From: Candidatus Onthoplasma sp.
Lineage (GTDB): Bacteria; Bacillota; Clostridia; Christensenellales; UBA1242
Assembly: GCA_045578345.1 (NCBI GenBank)
Contig: JAZNKB010000008.1
Location: forward strand, 121,376-185,375
DNA length: 64,000 nt
Direction of reading: 5' to 3'
Positions 19,611 to 30,702 of this stretch are shown one piece after another (the stretch's first letter is position 1; the number at the start of each line of letters is the position of its first letter). The notes under the pieces are model-generated. The model searched no databases, was not told where the DNA came from, and saw nothing but the letters and a program-made list of their open reading frames with translations. Made by a program: the position numbers and the translations under genes.

Positions 19611-20561
19611 ATGAATGAAAATAACAATGAAATTTATTTAAATAATCCCGATTATGATTTACTTGGTGAAAAATTGTTAACTATGCCTGAGTATAATTTT
19701 TATGACGTATCCACTGAAGAAATTAAATCAAGAGTTTACCATTGTTCAAACGAAAGATTGAATGCCTATTTTAAAGATTTAAAATTAGATGGTGCAACCG
19801 TTGCAACAGTCGGCTCAAGTGGTGACCAAGTTCTAAATGCAATTTTTTATGGCGCAACAAACATAACGCTTATTGATGCAAACATATTCACACGTGCATA
19901 TTTTGAATATAAAACCGCAATGATTAAAAATTTAAGTCACAGTTATTTTATGAAAGTTCTTGGCACATTTGAAATGTTTAACTGGAAAATATATTCATTA
20001 ATAAGCCATGATTTAAGCAAACAAACACAACAATTTTTTGATGAATTAATGCTCAATCAAGATGTTAATTTTCATGATTATGATGAGGGCTATCTAACTG
20101 ACTCCTTAATCAGAAACAATCTTTTCCACACTCCTTGTGAAGATTATAAAGATGAATCAGAAAATTTATTTTATAACAACCGCCACGATTATACAAAACT
20201 ACAACAACTTCTAATAAAAAATGATTTTAAAATAGATTATATCAATGCAGATATAACTGAATTTCCAAACAAACTAAAAGGTAAATTTGATTATATTTTC
20301 TTATCCAATATTTATGACTATGTAGATAAAAAAATTATGATACCTATTATTAAAAAATTATATAGAAAACTTAATGCTGGCGGTGCAATTCAATATTATT
20401 ACACTTTTGGTTGCCGTCCAAAAGAAGAAAATTTAATTTCAAAATTAGCAAACATAAAAATTCTTCAATCTAACAAGAATCAATATTTAAACGATCACAA
20501 TGTTTATTTTATTGAAAAACCCGCAAAACAGAAAAATGATAAATTACGCATTGAATGTTAA
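19611..20561 (+). CDS. DUF3419/BtaA-like SAM-binding protein
   Basis: SNE..., TVGSSGDQVLN, IDAN, FDYIFLSNIYDY. Confidence 0.7.
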   Translation: MNENNNEIYLNNPDYDLLGEKLLTMPEYNFYDVSTEEIKSRVYHCSNERLNAYFKDLKLDGATVATVGSSGDQVLNAIFYGATNITLIDANIFTRAYFEYKTAMIKNLSHSYFMKVLGTFEMFNWKIYSLISHDLSKQTQQFFDELMLNQDVNFHDYDEGYLTDSLIRNNLFHTPCEDYKDESENLFYNNRHDYTKLQQLLIKNDFKIDYINADITEFPNKLKGKFDYIFLSNIYDYVDKKIMIPIIKKLYRKLNAGGAIQYYYTFGCRPKEENLISKLANIKILQSNKNQYLNDHNVYFIEKPAKQKNDKLRIEC

Positions 20562-20683
20562 ATTGAAATGTTTAAATAAAATTTATGCTTTAGACATAAA
20601 AATTGAGAACATTTAAAAATTTAACTATTTTATTTTTAAAAAACACTTGTAATTTTTCAAACTTTGTAATATAATACTTGTGA

Positions 20684-20951
20684 GTTGTGCTAGGTGGGGA
20701 GCTAGTGGTGCCCTGAACCCAGAATCCACTACACTGGGGCCAAACATCTAATTGCGGGGCAAATTCAGTTGTGTTGAGTAGTTTTAATTCATGTTGAGAT
20801 TAAGGTCTCATACAATGTTGCCCTACGAACCATGTCAGGACCGGAAGGTAGCAGCATTAAGAAGGATACAACATGTGCTATGGGGTTGCTTTAATGGAGT
20901 GACTTATTATTATGCCAGCAGTTGTTTTGTTTCAAATTTAGACCGTGCAAC
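20684..20951 (+). ncRNA. ffs: Large (Alu-domain) SRP RNA
   Basis: 5' GTGCTAGGTGGGGAG..GGTGCCCTG; S-domain TCAGGACCGGAAGGTAGCAGCA; terminal pairing GTTGTGC/GTGCAAC; TATAAT upstream. Confidence 0.93.
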
Positions 20952-21100
20952 TTACCATAAAGAGCTCTCGCTCTTTTTTTGATAAAGTCTATTTATATAA
21001 TTATGAGAACTTAAAAATTTTTTACAAAATTATAAATTTTTATAATTGCATATTGACTAACAATAAAATTAGTGTTATGATAAATTTAAAAGAGGAAGAA

Positions 21101-21610
21101 ATGAGTTTAGAAGAACAAAATCAAAAGAGAATTGAACTTAATGATGAATTAAACATATACAAGAAAAAATGGAATATTATTGAAACAAACAGAAGTGTTT
21201 GGAGCAACATAAAGAAACGCTTACAAACAGGGAAAAACAAATCACAAAAAACTTTCAGTTATCATTTTCGTCGTAGTTTAGCTGCTGCAATTTTAGGTTC
21301 AGTGTTCTTAATTCTTCCACTAACAATCCCACTTGCAATGTTCTTGTATTCAATTTCAGGATATCATGGCATTAGAATGATAATTTTTGGTTATTGTTTC
21401 TTAAAACTAAAAAAAGGCATTGAAACAACAAACAAAATTAACAATATATATACAAACAAAAAATTGGCAATTGAAAAAAACGAAGAAATCATATATAAAC
21501 AATTAGACCAACTTAATGAATTTCCAAGTGTAACTGCCACTCATTCTCTTTTAAAAGAATGCATTGAAAGAACAGAGCAACATTCTAAAAATAATGATTT
21601 AACATTATAA
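21101..21610 (+). CDS. Hypothetical coiled-coil protein with central hydrophobic hairpin
   Basis: RBS GAGGA before ATG 21101; own TTGACT promoter. Confidence 0.65.
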   Translation: MSLEEQNQKRIELNDELNIYKKKWNIIETNRSVWSNIKKRLQTGKNKSQKTFSYHFRRSLAAAILGSVFLILPLTIPLAMFLYSISGYHGIRMIIFGYCFLKLKKGIETTNKINNIYTNKKLAIEKNEEIIYKQLDQLNEFPSVTATHSLLKECIERTEQHSKNNDLTL

Positions 21611-21634
21611 AAAACACAGCATTGCTGTGTTTTT

Positions 21635-22942
21635 TTAATCTTTTGTATATTCATCTTTAATTACAGTATATTTCTGTGCATATTTTTTAATTAACGCCCT
21701 AATAAATAAGGTTAATGATAATATAAGAGGAACAGCGAAAATTGCAATGTAAACAATATTTGTTAATCCATAATTATCACCAAATCCTGCTAGCAGTGCT
21801 GCATAGACCGAACTTACAACTGCATAACCAAGATATTCAACCATTGTTCGAATTGAATAAACTCGCTCAATGTTTTTCTTTGATGTGCAAACTTGCATGT
21901 AATTATTTAAGAATATCTGATTTGGGATTCTTAATGCACTTAAGATGTATGACAATATAACAATAACAATAATAGACACAATTGATGTTGGATTGATTAA
22001 AAACATAGTTCCTGTCACAACGAAAGATAAAACTATTAAAACATTGAAAATTATTAAACTTTTAACACCAAACTTGAGGTTAAATTTAAATTGATATTTG
22101 CTGGATAACGCACTAACTATTCTTGAGCCAGCATAGATATATCCATATGCCCAAATTGGAATTGTTCCCACATCAATTAAATAATTTAAGTAAATTTTGA
22201 AAGCTGAGCCAGTGATTGACAACACCCCTCTAATGAAAAACGCATATATTAGCAATAAAATAAAGAAAGATGATTTTATAATTTTTATAAACGAATCTGG
22301 TTTTTTCACTGCTTTTGTTTCAACACTTGCATTAATATCCACATTTCTTTCCATAAATTTAATTGGATCTTTATAAAAGAATGTTAACAAAAGACAAATT
22401 GAAACAACCCCAAGCGAACAAACAAAAACCATGGCAGGTTCCCAGTTATACACATATGTTATCACAACTGCTCCAACACATTCAATTATGTAATATAAAC
22501 TTAAACCCTTTCCGTAAATACGTTGATAATCTTTGTCTCGTTTCACAACAGCCAAACTATCGTTTAAAACACTGTTAACTTTAACCGACATAACAGCATA
22601 CCCAAACGCCAAAAATGGCTGAGCTAAAACAAATGTTGCAAAATTTGTTCCGAAAATACAAAGCAACAAATATCCAACAAAACCAATCATTCCAATTCTA
22701 ACCGCTTTAATTGGTCTCACATTTTGGAAAAGTTTGCCAACTGGGACGCAAAATAAACATCCAAAAACCATCAAAATTGAATCAAGCGAAATCACTTGTG
22801 CATTTGATATTCCTTTAACGTTTGTGAAATATAAAGTTGAAATTACCCAAATAAAAATAACGTCCCATGTGAGAGCAATGATTGATGGGCTTAATTTGAT
22901 ATTCCTATTAATATAAAAATTTTTACGTTCTTCATTTGTCAT
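21635..22942 (-). CDS. MFS transporter
   Basis: About 12 hydrophobic helices in two halves. Confidence 0.85.
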   Translation of the reverse strand: MTNEERKNFYINRNIKLSPSIIALTWDVIFIWVISTLYFTNVKGISNAQVISLDSILMVFGCLFCVPVGKLFQNVRPIKAVRIGMIGFVGYLLLCIFGTNFATFVLAQPFLAFGYAVMSVKVNSVLNDSLAVVKRDKDYQRIYGKGLSLYYIIECVGAVVITYVYNWEPAMVFVCSLGVVSICLLLTFFYKDPIKFMERNVDINASVETKAVKKPDSFIKIIKSSFFILLLIYAFFIRGVLSITGSAFKIYLNYLIDVGTIPIWAYGYIYAGSRIVSALSSKYQFKFNLKFGVKSLIIFNVLIVLSFVVTGTMFLINPTSIVSIIVIVILSYILSALRIPNQIFLNNYMQVCTSKKNIERVYSIRTMVEYLGYAVVSSVYAALLAGFGDNYGLTNIVYIAIFAVPLILSLTLFIRALIKKYAQKYTVIKDEYTKD

Positions 22943-23057
22943 TGTAATAATATTATAATAAAAAACAAAAAACTCAAACTGTTTTTTAAACAATTTAAGT
23001 TTTTCCGTACATAATTCTTAATTTTTTATTAACTCAATATTTGTTATGTGGTCAAAT

Positions 23058-23190
23058 TTCGAGTTTATATAAATTAAATCCACTTTTTCTTTAAACGAGA
23101 ATCTTTCGCCCGAACAACTTATGATTTAATGAATACTCTTGTTAACGTATTCAGAAAATCATCTTAGTGAGCGGTGAAAACTTCGAGTTT
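23058..23190. repeat. AACGAGAA...TTCGAGT structured repeat, type B unit
   Basis: Shares linker and ends with the 45249-45572 array; abuts the polA stop codon. Confidence 0.8.
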
Positions 23191-25714
23191 ACTTGGCATC
23201 AAAAAGCGTTTTACCCTCTTCAACTTCAACCAAAAGCGGAACTTTTAGGTTAACAACACTTTCCATTTCTTCCTTTAAAATTTTTTTAATTACTCCACTT
23301 TCACCAGGATAACAATCAACAACAAGTTCGTCGTGAATTTGCAAAACTAATTTACTTTTTAAATTTTCATTTTTAATTCTGTTATAAACTTTAATCATTG
23401 CAATTTTAATGATATCACTTGCACTTCCCTGAAGTGGCATATTTTTTGCAACACGTTCAGCAAAACTTCTCACAACATGATTGTTTGAATTGATATCGTT
23501 TAAATGACGAATTCTCCCCATAAATGTTGTTGCATATCCCTTTTCTCTTGCAACGCGCACACACTCGTCACCATATTCTTTAACTTGCGGATAAATTTCC
23601 ATATATTTTTTAATAAATTCATTGGCTTCTTTAACCGTTGAATTAATGTTTTGACTAAGACCATACGCCCCAATCCCATAAATAATTCCGAAGTTAACAG
23701 ACTTTGCAACTCTTCTCATGTTCTTGGTCACATCATCCAATTCAACTCCAAATATTTTACTTGCTGTTGCAGTGTGAATATCTTTTCCGCTTAAATAATC
23801 ATTAATCATGGTTTCATCACCGCTAAAATTTGCAATTAGACGCAACTCAATTTGATTGTAATCCGCACTTATCATTGTTCCACCATCAAAAGAACTTAAA
23901 AACATTTTTCTCAAAACTCTGCCTTCATCATCACGAATTGGTAAGTTTTGAAGATTTGGCTCTCTGCTTGAAAGTCTGCCTGTTGAAGTTGTTCGTTGCA
24001 TGAAAGTTGTGTGAATTTTATTGTCACTGGAAACATAATTTAACATTCCATCTAAATACGTGCTTATAAGTTTTGCAATTTTACGATACCTTATGATATA
24101 TTCAACAATTTCATGTTTATCTTTAATTGAATTTAAAACTTCAATTGATGTACCCTGTTTTCCTTTATATTCGATTTTGAGTTTATCAAACAAAATTGAT
24201 TGCAATTGTTTCGGACTATTTATGTTAAATTCAACACCCGCCAGTTCATAAATTTTTGATGTTAATTCTTCAAGTTCTTTATGATAAACTTCACTTAAGT
24301 TTTTAATTTGTTCGGTATCGATTTTAATTCCTGTTTGCTCCATATCAAATAAAACTTCAACAAGCGGAAGTTCAATCTCGCTATACAATTTCAATTGTAG
24401 AGATTTGATTAGTTGATTGATATAGATTTCTTTTAATTTTAAAAGCAATATTGCTCTTCCATTTGAACTAAGTTGATTAAGTTTTATTGCGTCATCAAAA
24501 GTTATTTCTGCATCCATTTCATTGACAATATAAATTGCAAGAGAAACATCAAAATAATTATTTAATTGAATTCCATAAAAACTCAATTCTTTCATTAAAC
24601 TTTTAACATCAAAACAAATTTTTTGTTTTTCACTTGAAAATAATTCTTTTATTTTATCTTCGTTAAATGCAAACATCATACCACTTGTGTATAACACAAA
24701 TTCTTTGTTATCTTTTGCAAATCTAATTGTCATTTCATCTGTTAAAACAGCAAATGAATCTCCTAAAAACTCAACCATTTCGTCAAACATTTCGTTGGTT
24801 TCAATTTCTATAATTTCGGCAGTTATTTCGTTAGTTACATCCTCAACTACTTCGTAAGTTTCTGAAAACAATTCTTTTCTTTTAAGCATTGATTTAAAAT
24901 CTAAATCTTGCATGATTTGATATGTTTCTTTGTTAAATGGCAATTTATATTCACAATCACTTAAAGTGCAATCTAAATCAACATCAAGTTTAATGGTTGC
25001 AAGTTGTTTTGAAAGATATGCCATTTCCTTGTTTTCAATAAGTTTTGCCTGAATTCCTTTTGCCAAACTTTCAATATTAACATATATGTTATCCAAATCT
25101 CCATATTCTGCAATAAGTTTGTTTGCACCAACTTTTCCAATTCCTGCAACACCTGGAATGTTATCCGAACTATCACCCATGATTGCTTTTAGTTCAATCA
25201 CTTGATAAGGTTCAAGATTAAATTCGGATTTCAAAACTTCTGGGGTAACTTTTAATACGTTGCTTATTCCTTTTTGAGTGAGCCAAACAGTTGTGTTGTC
25301 GTTCACAAGTTGCAACAAATCCTTATCTCCAGAAATAAGCATAAATTCTTCGTTAAACTTTCTCGTTAAAGTTCCAACAATGTCATCTGCCTCAATTTCT
25401 TTCTTTTCTAATGTTAAGATTCCCATTGTATTCAAAAGATGTTTAAGGTCCACAAGTTGAGAATGTAAATCTTCTGGCATCGGGCCACGAGTTCCTTTGT
25501 AGTCTGCAAACATATTATGCCTAAATGTATGTTTCCCTGCATCAAAAACACAAACCAAATATTTTGGTTTTTCACTTGTGACAACACTTAACATCATGTT
25601 AATAAATCCATAAATCGCACCACAAGGTTTTCCAGATAAACTTTTAAGCATTGGCATTCCATAATATGCACGATTGATTAAACTATTTCCGTCAATAATA
25701 ACAAATTTTTCCAT
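23189..25714 (-). CDS. polA: DNA polymerase I
   Basis: 5'-3' exonuclease (DGNSL, EADD, GDSSDNIPGV) and polymerase motifs (TGRLSS, ADYNQIELR, KSVNFGIIYG, QIHDE). Confidence 0.97.
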   Translation of the reverse strand: MEKFVIIDGNSLINRAYYGMPMLKSLSGKPCGAIYGFINMMLSVVTSEKPKYLVCVFDAGKHTFRHNMFADYKGTRGPMPEDLHSQLVDLKHLLNTMGILTLEKKEIEADDIVGTLTRKFNEEFMLISGDKDLLQLVNDNTTVWLTQKGISNVLKVTPEVLKSEFNLEPYQVIELKAIMGDSSDNIPGVAGIGKVGANKLIAEYGDLDNIYVNIESLAKGIQAKLIENKEMAYLSKQLATIKLDVDLDCTLSDCEYKLPFNKETYQIMQDLDFKSMLKRKELFSETYEVVEDVTNEITAEIIEIETNEMFDEMVEFLGDSFAVLTDEMTIRFAKDNKEFVLYTSGMMFAFNEDKIKELFSSEKQKICFDVKSLMKELSFYGIQLNNYFDVSLAIYIVNEMDAEITFDDAIKLNQLSSNGRAILLLKLKEIYINQLIKSLQLKLYSEIELPLVEVLFDMEQTGIKIDTEQIKNLSEVYHKELEELTSKIYELAGVEFNINSPKQLQSILFDKLKIEYKGKQGTSIEVLNSIKDKHEIVEYIIRYRKIAKLISTYLDGMLNYVSSDNKIHTTFMQRTTSTGRLSSREPNLQNLPIRDDEGRVLRKMFLSSFDGGTMISADYNQIELRLIANFSGDETMINDYLSGKDIHTATASKIFGVELDDVTKNMRRVAKSVNFGIIYGIGAYGLSQNINSTVKEANEFIKKYMEIYPQVKEYGDECVRVAREKGYATTFMGRIRHLNDINSNNHVVRSFAERVAKNMPLQGSASDIIKIAMIKVYNRIKNENLKSKLVLQIHDELVVDCYPGESGVIKKILKEEMESVVNLKVPLLVEVEEGKTLFDAK

Positions 25715-25768
25715 GTGATTATTATAACCAAAAATAAAAAATTTGCAAAATAAAAAGCGGCAATATTT

Positions 25769-27028
25769 CTAATTGTCGCTATTATTAGTTTCTTCAGTGT
25801 TGACATTATTATTGTCTAATAAGCTAAATTCTTCTGGAACGTATGATAATAATTTTTCTTTATATTCAGCATAAACTTGTATAACTGCTTGCAATTTTGC
25901 CTCAAAAATTTCTTCCCTGCAACATCCGTTTTCCATTGTTTTTCCTGATTCTAAGATTAATTCATCTCTACGTTGTTTCATTTCATCTAAATATGGAATT
26001 TCTTCAACTTCAGTTCTTGCCATTCTTGAAGATTTTAAATGTTTGTGTTTTAGGCCATACATATTTAACAACTCTGAAACACTAATTCCCATCTGAACTG
26101 ACTTTTTAACAACCTTTCCATAATCTTTTGGATCAACATCTTTAGCAACAACGACATTGTCTTTGCATTGAATTTTTAAGTTTATAATTGCTTGATCAAT
26201 GTTGGTGTTTTCCCTTGTAACATCCCAAAATCTATGTTCAACATCACTAAGCCCAAAGATTTCCAACCAATCAAGTTTGCTAAATCCTAATTCGCTACCA
26301 TCACTATAATATCTGGTTAAATATTCAAATGCATTGTAAACTTTTGGATGATCTCTTCTAATTCCAACAAAAGTCCCATATTTTTTTGCATGATTTTTCA
26401 ACATTCTTTCAGTGAATTTAACTTTATCCACTTCAATTATGTATGATGTTTGTTTTTCATCACACAATAAGCAAATAATAAAATAATATGGCACACGATA
26501 TGTTATTGCAATATCTTTCACATATGTTCTTAAATGTTCGTTGTTTCTATAACTGTCTATATAGCCATTTTCGTCTCTAAAGTCTTTTAACTTTTCAAGA
26601 TCCTTACAACGATAATAATCATCAGAAAAATTTAAATAACCCAAATCGAATTTCATGATTTGTTCGTGAGTTTTGAACTCTCCCCGCCTTTCCAAATGGT
26701 TTGAATATGTTGCCAATTGTTCATAAAACGGTAATTTCTTTCTTGGAATATGAAAACTTTTCCCTTGTGCAACATAATCAGCAACCGCTTCAACAAGTGC
26801 AAGCCGTGTGTCTTTCACGTATTTTGCATTTCTTGGATGATGCAATTTTTTAAACTTCTCTTCCAAAGTTAAAACCTTACCATTTTCTCCAACAACTCTT
26901 GTGTTTTTAATGTATTTATATTCTTTATCATCCTTTCCAAGATTGTTAACGTCTCCACCTGATGCTACATAATCATCCAACATTTTCTTTGCTTTAACAA
27001 AAAAAATTGTATCTTCAAAAAGCGACAT
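25769..27028 (-). CDS. Hypothetical protein with about five degenerate 55-70 aa helical repeats
   Basis: 419-aa ORF, RBS GGAGG, own promoter. Confidence 0.75.
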   Translation of the reverse strand: MSLFEDTIFFVKAKKMLDDYVASGGDVNNLGKDDKEYKYIKNTRVVGENGKVLTLEEKFKKLHHPRNAKYVKDTRLALVEAVADYVAQGKSFHIPRKKLPFYEQLATYSNHLERRGEFKTHEQIMKFDLGYLNFSDDYYRCKDLEKLKDFRDENGYIDSYRNNEHLRTYVKDIAITYRVPYYFIICLLCDEKQTSYIIEVDKVKFTERMLKNHAKKYGTFVGIRRDHPKVYNAFEYLTRYYSDGSELGFSKLDWLEIFGLSDVEHRFWDVTRENTNIDQAIINLKIQCKDNVVVAKDVDPKDYGKVVKKSVQMGISVSELLNMYGLKHKHLKSSRMARTEVEEIPYLDEMKQRRDELILESGKTMENGCCREEIFEAKLQAVIQVYAEYKEKLLSYVPEEFSLLDNNNVNTEETNNSDN

Positions 27029-27142
27029 AACTCCTCCAATTCTTGTTATAATAACATGAAAAAATGAAATTTACAATAATTTTTTCAAAAATGCTTGTCA
27101 AAGCTCATTTTGTGTGATATAATTCAAATGTTAAAAAAACAA

Positions 27143-27228
27143 GCCGGTGTGGCGAAATGGCAGACGCACAAGACTCAAAATCTTGCGGGAGCAATCCCGT
27201 GTCGGTTCGACCCCGACCACCGGCACCA
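27143..27228 (+). tRNA. tRNA-Leu(CAA)
   Basis: GCCGGTGTGGCGAAATGGCAGACGCACAAGA-CTCAAAA-TCTTG...GTTCGACCCC..CACCGGCACCA. Confidence 0.97.
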
Positions 27229-27555
27229 CGTCGCAACTCGATTTTTTAGTTGAGTTGCATTTTTTATGCAACTTAAACCTTTTTATTGGTTGCTCCTTAA
27301 TCCCATGCGAAGCACTTTGTTTGCTTCTTTGGGAACCCTGCAGAAATCATATACTACTTCTTTTTTTGTTCTTTAATTGTTCGTTTTTAGGTTGTCGCCT
27401 AGCGCCGTCAAGTTCGTGCAAGCGCTCTCATTCATTACTCTAAGACTTGCCAAATTTAGTCACAATAAAACTAATTTATTTGCTTTGCTCATAAATATAG
27501 TTTGTTGTTAGTCACAATAAAAAATCTCATTCTGATAAATGAGATTTTTTTTAGA

Positions 27556-30480
27556 TTATGGTAACTCAGGTTGAGCGTTAATATCGAAGATCATCATTGG
27601 AACAACACCACTTATCATTGAGTATCTTCCACTTCCTGAATACATATAACCATCGAATTCACCAGATTCATTAATATATGGCATAGCATCATATCTACTA
27701 GTGTAATCTTTATGTCTAATAGAAATGTCGTCAGCAGGATCTAAGAAATTACTTCTCATGAAGTATTCATCATAACCTAATCCTTGCATCTTAGAGTAAT
27801 CAGTACTTGTTTTTGATAATTCTAATCCTTCCTCTATTAATTGTTTTAGAGTGTTAGCATTGGCAAGGAATATATTGTCACATACATCAATAGCTCCAGG
27901 ATTATCACTTGTCTTGTATAATGATAATTCACTATTTCCATATTTGGTTTCGATTATTTTACGTTCATTATTATCATAGTATACATAATCTTCAGTAGAA
28001 GAATCAATGTATAGTTTATCTTCGTTTCTTTCCTGATGATAGTCTGAATTAGTGCCACTCCAACGAGTCGCTACCATCTGTCTTTCATAATAACCAAATG
28101 CGGTATTATAGAAACTTTCGTTTAGCCATTTTCTAAGTGAACTTGCATACCAAGCAGTGTTATGAACACCCGAAGTAAAATATTTTCTATTAGAAGCATT
28201 GTATGTATAATGATGAAGTTTATTTGAAATCCACACTTCTGACTCTGTATACCCATCTTGATATTGTTGAGCATCGATGATCAGGTCGCTCATCAATAAG
28301 TATTTACCATTTTCTTCGCCAATAATATTCCATTTAATAGGTTCGTACTTAAACCAATATAAAGTTCTGAGTGCATAACCATTATTGTCTTGATAAGAAT
28401 TATCTGCAGTTGCATTATCAACAGCGTCTATTGGTCTATATGCTATTAAGTAAACAGCTCTATATTTATTGCCTTCGTATTCAAGGTCATGATAATAGTT
28501 ACTACAATAATCTGCTGGTCTATAGTTATAATTAAAACTTGATAGATATGGATATTCAGTCCAGAAATTGCCATTATAAAGGGCATCACTCGGATAATTT
28601 ACACTCTCAGTATTTTTTTCTTCGAGGGCGTTTTTTAATGCATTCATCAATGTTTCATCAGTTACTTGACCTTGAGGGTACATACCGAAGCAGATAACGC
28701 CTCTATCTTCGTGTATACAATACATATTTGCATCATATTGAATACTTGATTGATTCAATGTGTGATTCTCAGTATTACATATACAATAACAATCAACAAA
28801 TTCATGTTCGGTACATAATTCCCATTTTGCTACATAGTTCTTGGTTTGAGTAGATATGATCTCCTCGAATGTCTGATCTGTTGTCACTAATTCTTCGTTT
28901 AAGTGCCAACCTTGCCAAATATATCCAACTTTTGGCTCAGCTTTGATTGTGGCAGGTTTACCATATACAGGGAATTGATCCATACTAACTGTGCCACCCT
29001 CTTCGTCTGTGCTAGATACTGAGACAGAACATACTTCCCAAGTAGGTGTAATACTATACGATTCGTCAGTAATAGTTAATGTTAAAGTATACTCAGAACT
29101 AATGATAGTGCCACTATCTTTGTATCCAATCCATGTGTAGATTTTACCATTGCTAGCAGGGGTTGTATATGGTTCTGTTGTAATAGTAACAGAACTTCCT
29201 CTTTCTATCATTTCATAGAAATTACCTAGATTACCACCAGCTCCATCAGACTTATATACTAATTCTTTAGTAGTGGTAGGAGATTTAACAGTTATCTTTC
29301 CACGAACAGGGTTTGGGTATGGATATTTTACAGACACATAATAATAAGTCCATCTCGCTTCATAAGTAGCGTCTTCATAGATAGTTATTTTTTGTCTGAG
29401 TTCTTCAGTGAATAGTTCACCATCTTTGTACCAACCTAAGAATGTATAACCTTTGTTTGTTGTAGCATTAAGAGTTAGTTGATGTCCATAATTGAATTCT
29501 CTATCAGTAAAGTCATTGGTAGTACCTGCGTTAGCGTTATTTCCTATTATAGATATTGTATATTTATAGATATCGAATTTAGCCTCTATTGAATAATTAC
29601 TATATGGCATAATGAATGTATATTCTTTATCTTCACTAATTAGAGTGCCATCATTTTTATTGTACCAACCTACAAAGTAACAACCACTTTCAGGGAATGC
29701 TTTTAAAGTGATAGGTGTACCAGCAACGGCCACATTTCCAGTGGAACCAGTGTGCGGACTATGTGATCCACGATAGTAGTTATTTGACTCTATGAAGTAC
29801 TTGTATTCGGTGAAATAAGCATAGAAAGTCTTGTTTGTATTATAAGAATACACATCAATAGATACACCGTTTGGCTCTGTAACAGCATTTAAACTATATT
29901 TACTAGTGGACCAACCATTGAATGTATAAGTAGTGCCCTTAGTAACTACAGGTAGGGTGAATGACTCACCATATTCTACCTGAATAGTAGTCTCGCCGTC
30001 CATCTCGCCACCATTTAAATCTAAAGTAATTGTGTAGTAAATTGGCTCAGGTTCTGGTTCTGGCTCAGGTTCCGGTGTAGGATCCTCTGGAATAGGATCA
30101 TCTGGCGTTGGAGTGTCAGGTGTTGGATCGTCTGGAATAGGATCATCTGGAGTGTTGTCTCCAGCGTTAGGATCTACAATCCATTTAGCATACACCTCAG
30201 CGTTATTGGTGATTTCGCCTCTAAACAGTTGAGATTCATCTAATTTGATATGCCATACGCCTTCGTCCCAATACCAACCGTCGAATATCATTCCTTCTTT
30301 TACAGGATCTTGTGGCATATTGATTTCGTCAAAATCTTCTAGAACAATCGTTTCATATACATCACCGTCTACTATGAATTTAAGTTTAGCTTTTTTATCT
30401 TTTTGCAGACAACCCATAGAGAAGACCGATATGATTACTAACAAGGTTGATAGAACAATCATGCCCAATTTTTTCTTCAT
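27556..30480 (-). CDS. Surface lipoprotein: InlB B-repeats, Pro/acidic linker, divergent InlB repeats, C-terminal DUF6273-like domain
   Basis: Lipobox FSMGC; F-x-GWY repeats; PDDPTP/PEPEPE linker; EPIKWNI..LLMSD..WYASSLRKWLN. Confidence 0.8.
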   Translation of the reverse strand: MKKKLGMIVLSTLLVIISVFSMGCLQKDKKAKLKFIVDGDVYETIVLEDFDEINMPQDPVKEGMIFDGWYWDEGVWHIKLDESQLFRGEITNNAEVYAKWIVDPNAGDNTPDDPIPDDPTPDTPTPDDPIPEDPTPEPEPEPEPEPIYYTITLDLNGGEMDGETTIQVEYGESFTLPVVTKGTTYTFNGWSTSKYSLNAVTEPNGVSIDVYSYNTNKTFYAYFTEYKYFIESNNYYRGSHSPHTGSTGNVAVAGTPITLKAFPESGCYFVGWYNKNDGTLISEDKEYTFIMPYSNYSIEAKFDIYKYTISIIGNNANAGTTNDFTDREFNYGHQLTLNATTNKGYTFLGWYKDGELFTEELRQKITIYEDATYEARWTYYYVSVKYPYPNPVRGKITVKSPTTTKELVYKSDGAGGNLGNFYEMIERGSSVTITTEPYTTPASNGKIYTWIGYKDSGTIISSEYTLTLTITDESYSITPTWEVCSVSVSSTDEEGGTVSMDQFPVYGKPATIKAEPKVGYIWQGWHLNEELVTTDQTFEEIISTQTKNYVAKWELCTEHEFVDCYCICNTENHTLNQSSIQYDANMYCIHEDRGVICFGMYPQGQVTDETLMNALKNALEEKNTESVNYPSDALYNGNFWTEYPYLSSFNYNYRPADYCSNYYHDLEYEGNKYRAVYLIAYRPIDAVDNATADNSYQDNNGYALRTLYWFKYEPIKWNIIGEENGKYLLMSDLIIDAQQYQDGYTESEVWISNKLHHYTYNASNRKYFTSGVHNTAWYASSLRKWLNESFYNTAFGYYERQMVATRWSGTNSDYHQERNEDKLYIDSSTEDYVYYDNNERKIIETKYGNSELSLYKTSDNPGAIDVCDNIFLANANTLKQLIEEGLELSKTSTDYSKMQGLGYDEYFMRSNFLDPADDISIRHKDYTSRYDAMPYINESGEFDGYMYSGSGRYSMISGVVPMMIFDINAQPELP

Positions 30481-30702
30481 ATTTCCTCCTTTATAAAATT
30501 GCACATTTATTATCTTGATAAAATGTGTTAAGATATTATTATGATAGTATATTGTGTCATAAAAATCAACCAATTGACATGTCTTTAGAAATATTACCAC
30601 CACTCGAAAGCACAAGCTAAATGCTTGTGCTTTTTTTATTTCAAAAAAACACATAAGAAACCAAGAAAAAACTAAATCGTACTCGATTTAGTTTTTTTGT
30701 TT

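Noticed and set aside
20791-20982. 63-aa ORF
   Set aside because: Overlaps SRP RNA
23058-23190. Integron attC cassette array
   Set aside because: AAC/GTT ends are suggestive, but the units flank core genes rather than promoterless cassettes and no IntI is seen
27147-27443. 98-aa ORF
   Set aside because: Shadow of tRNA-Leu and downstream hairpins
27556-28400. DGR target (C-terminal lectin-like domain)
   Set aside because: No template repeat or reverse transcriptase was found in the window
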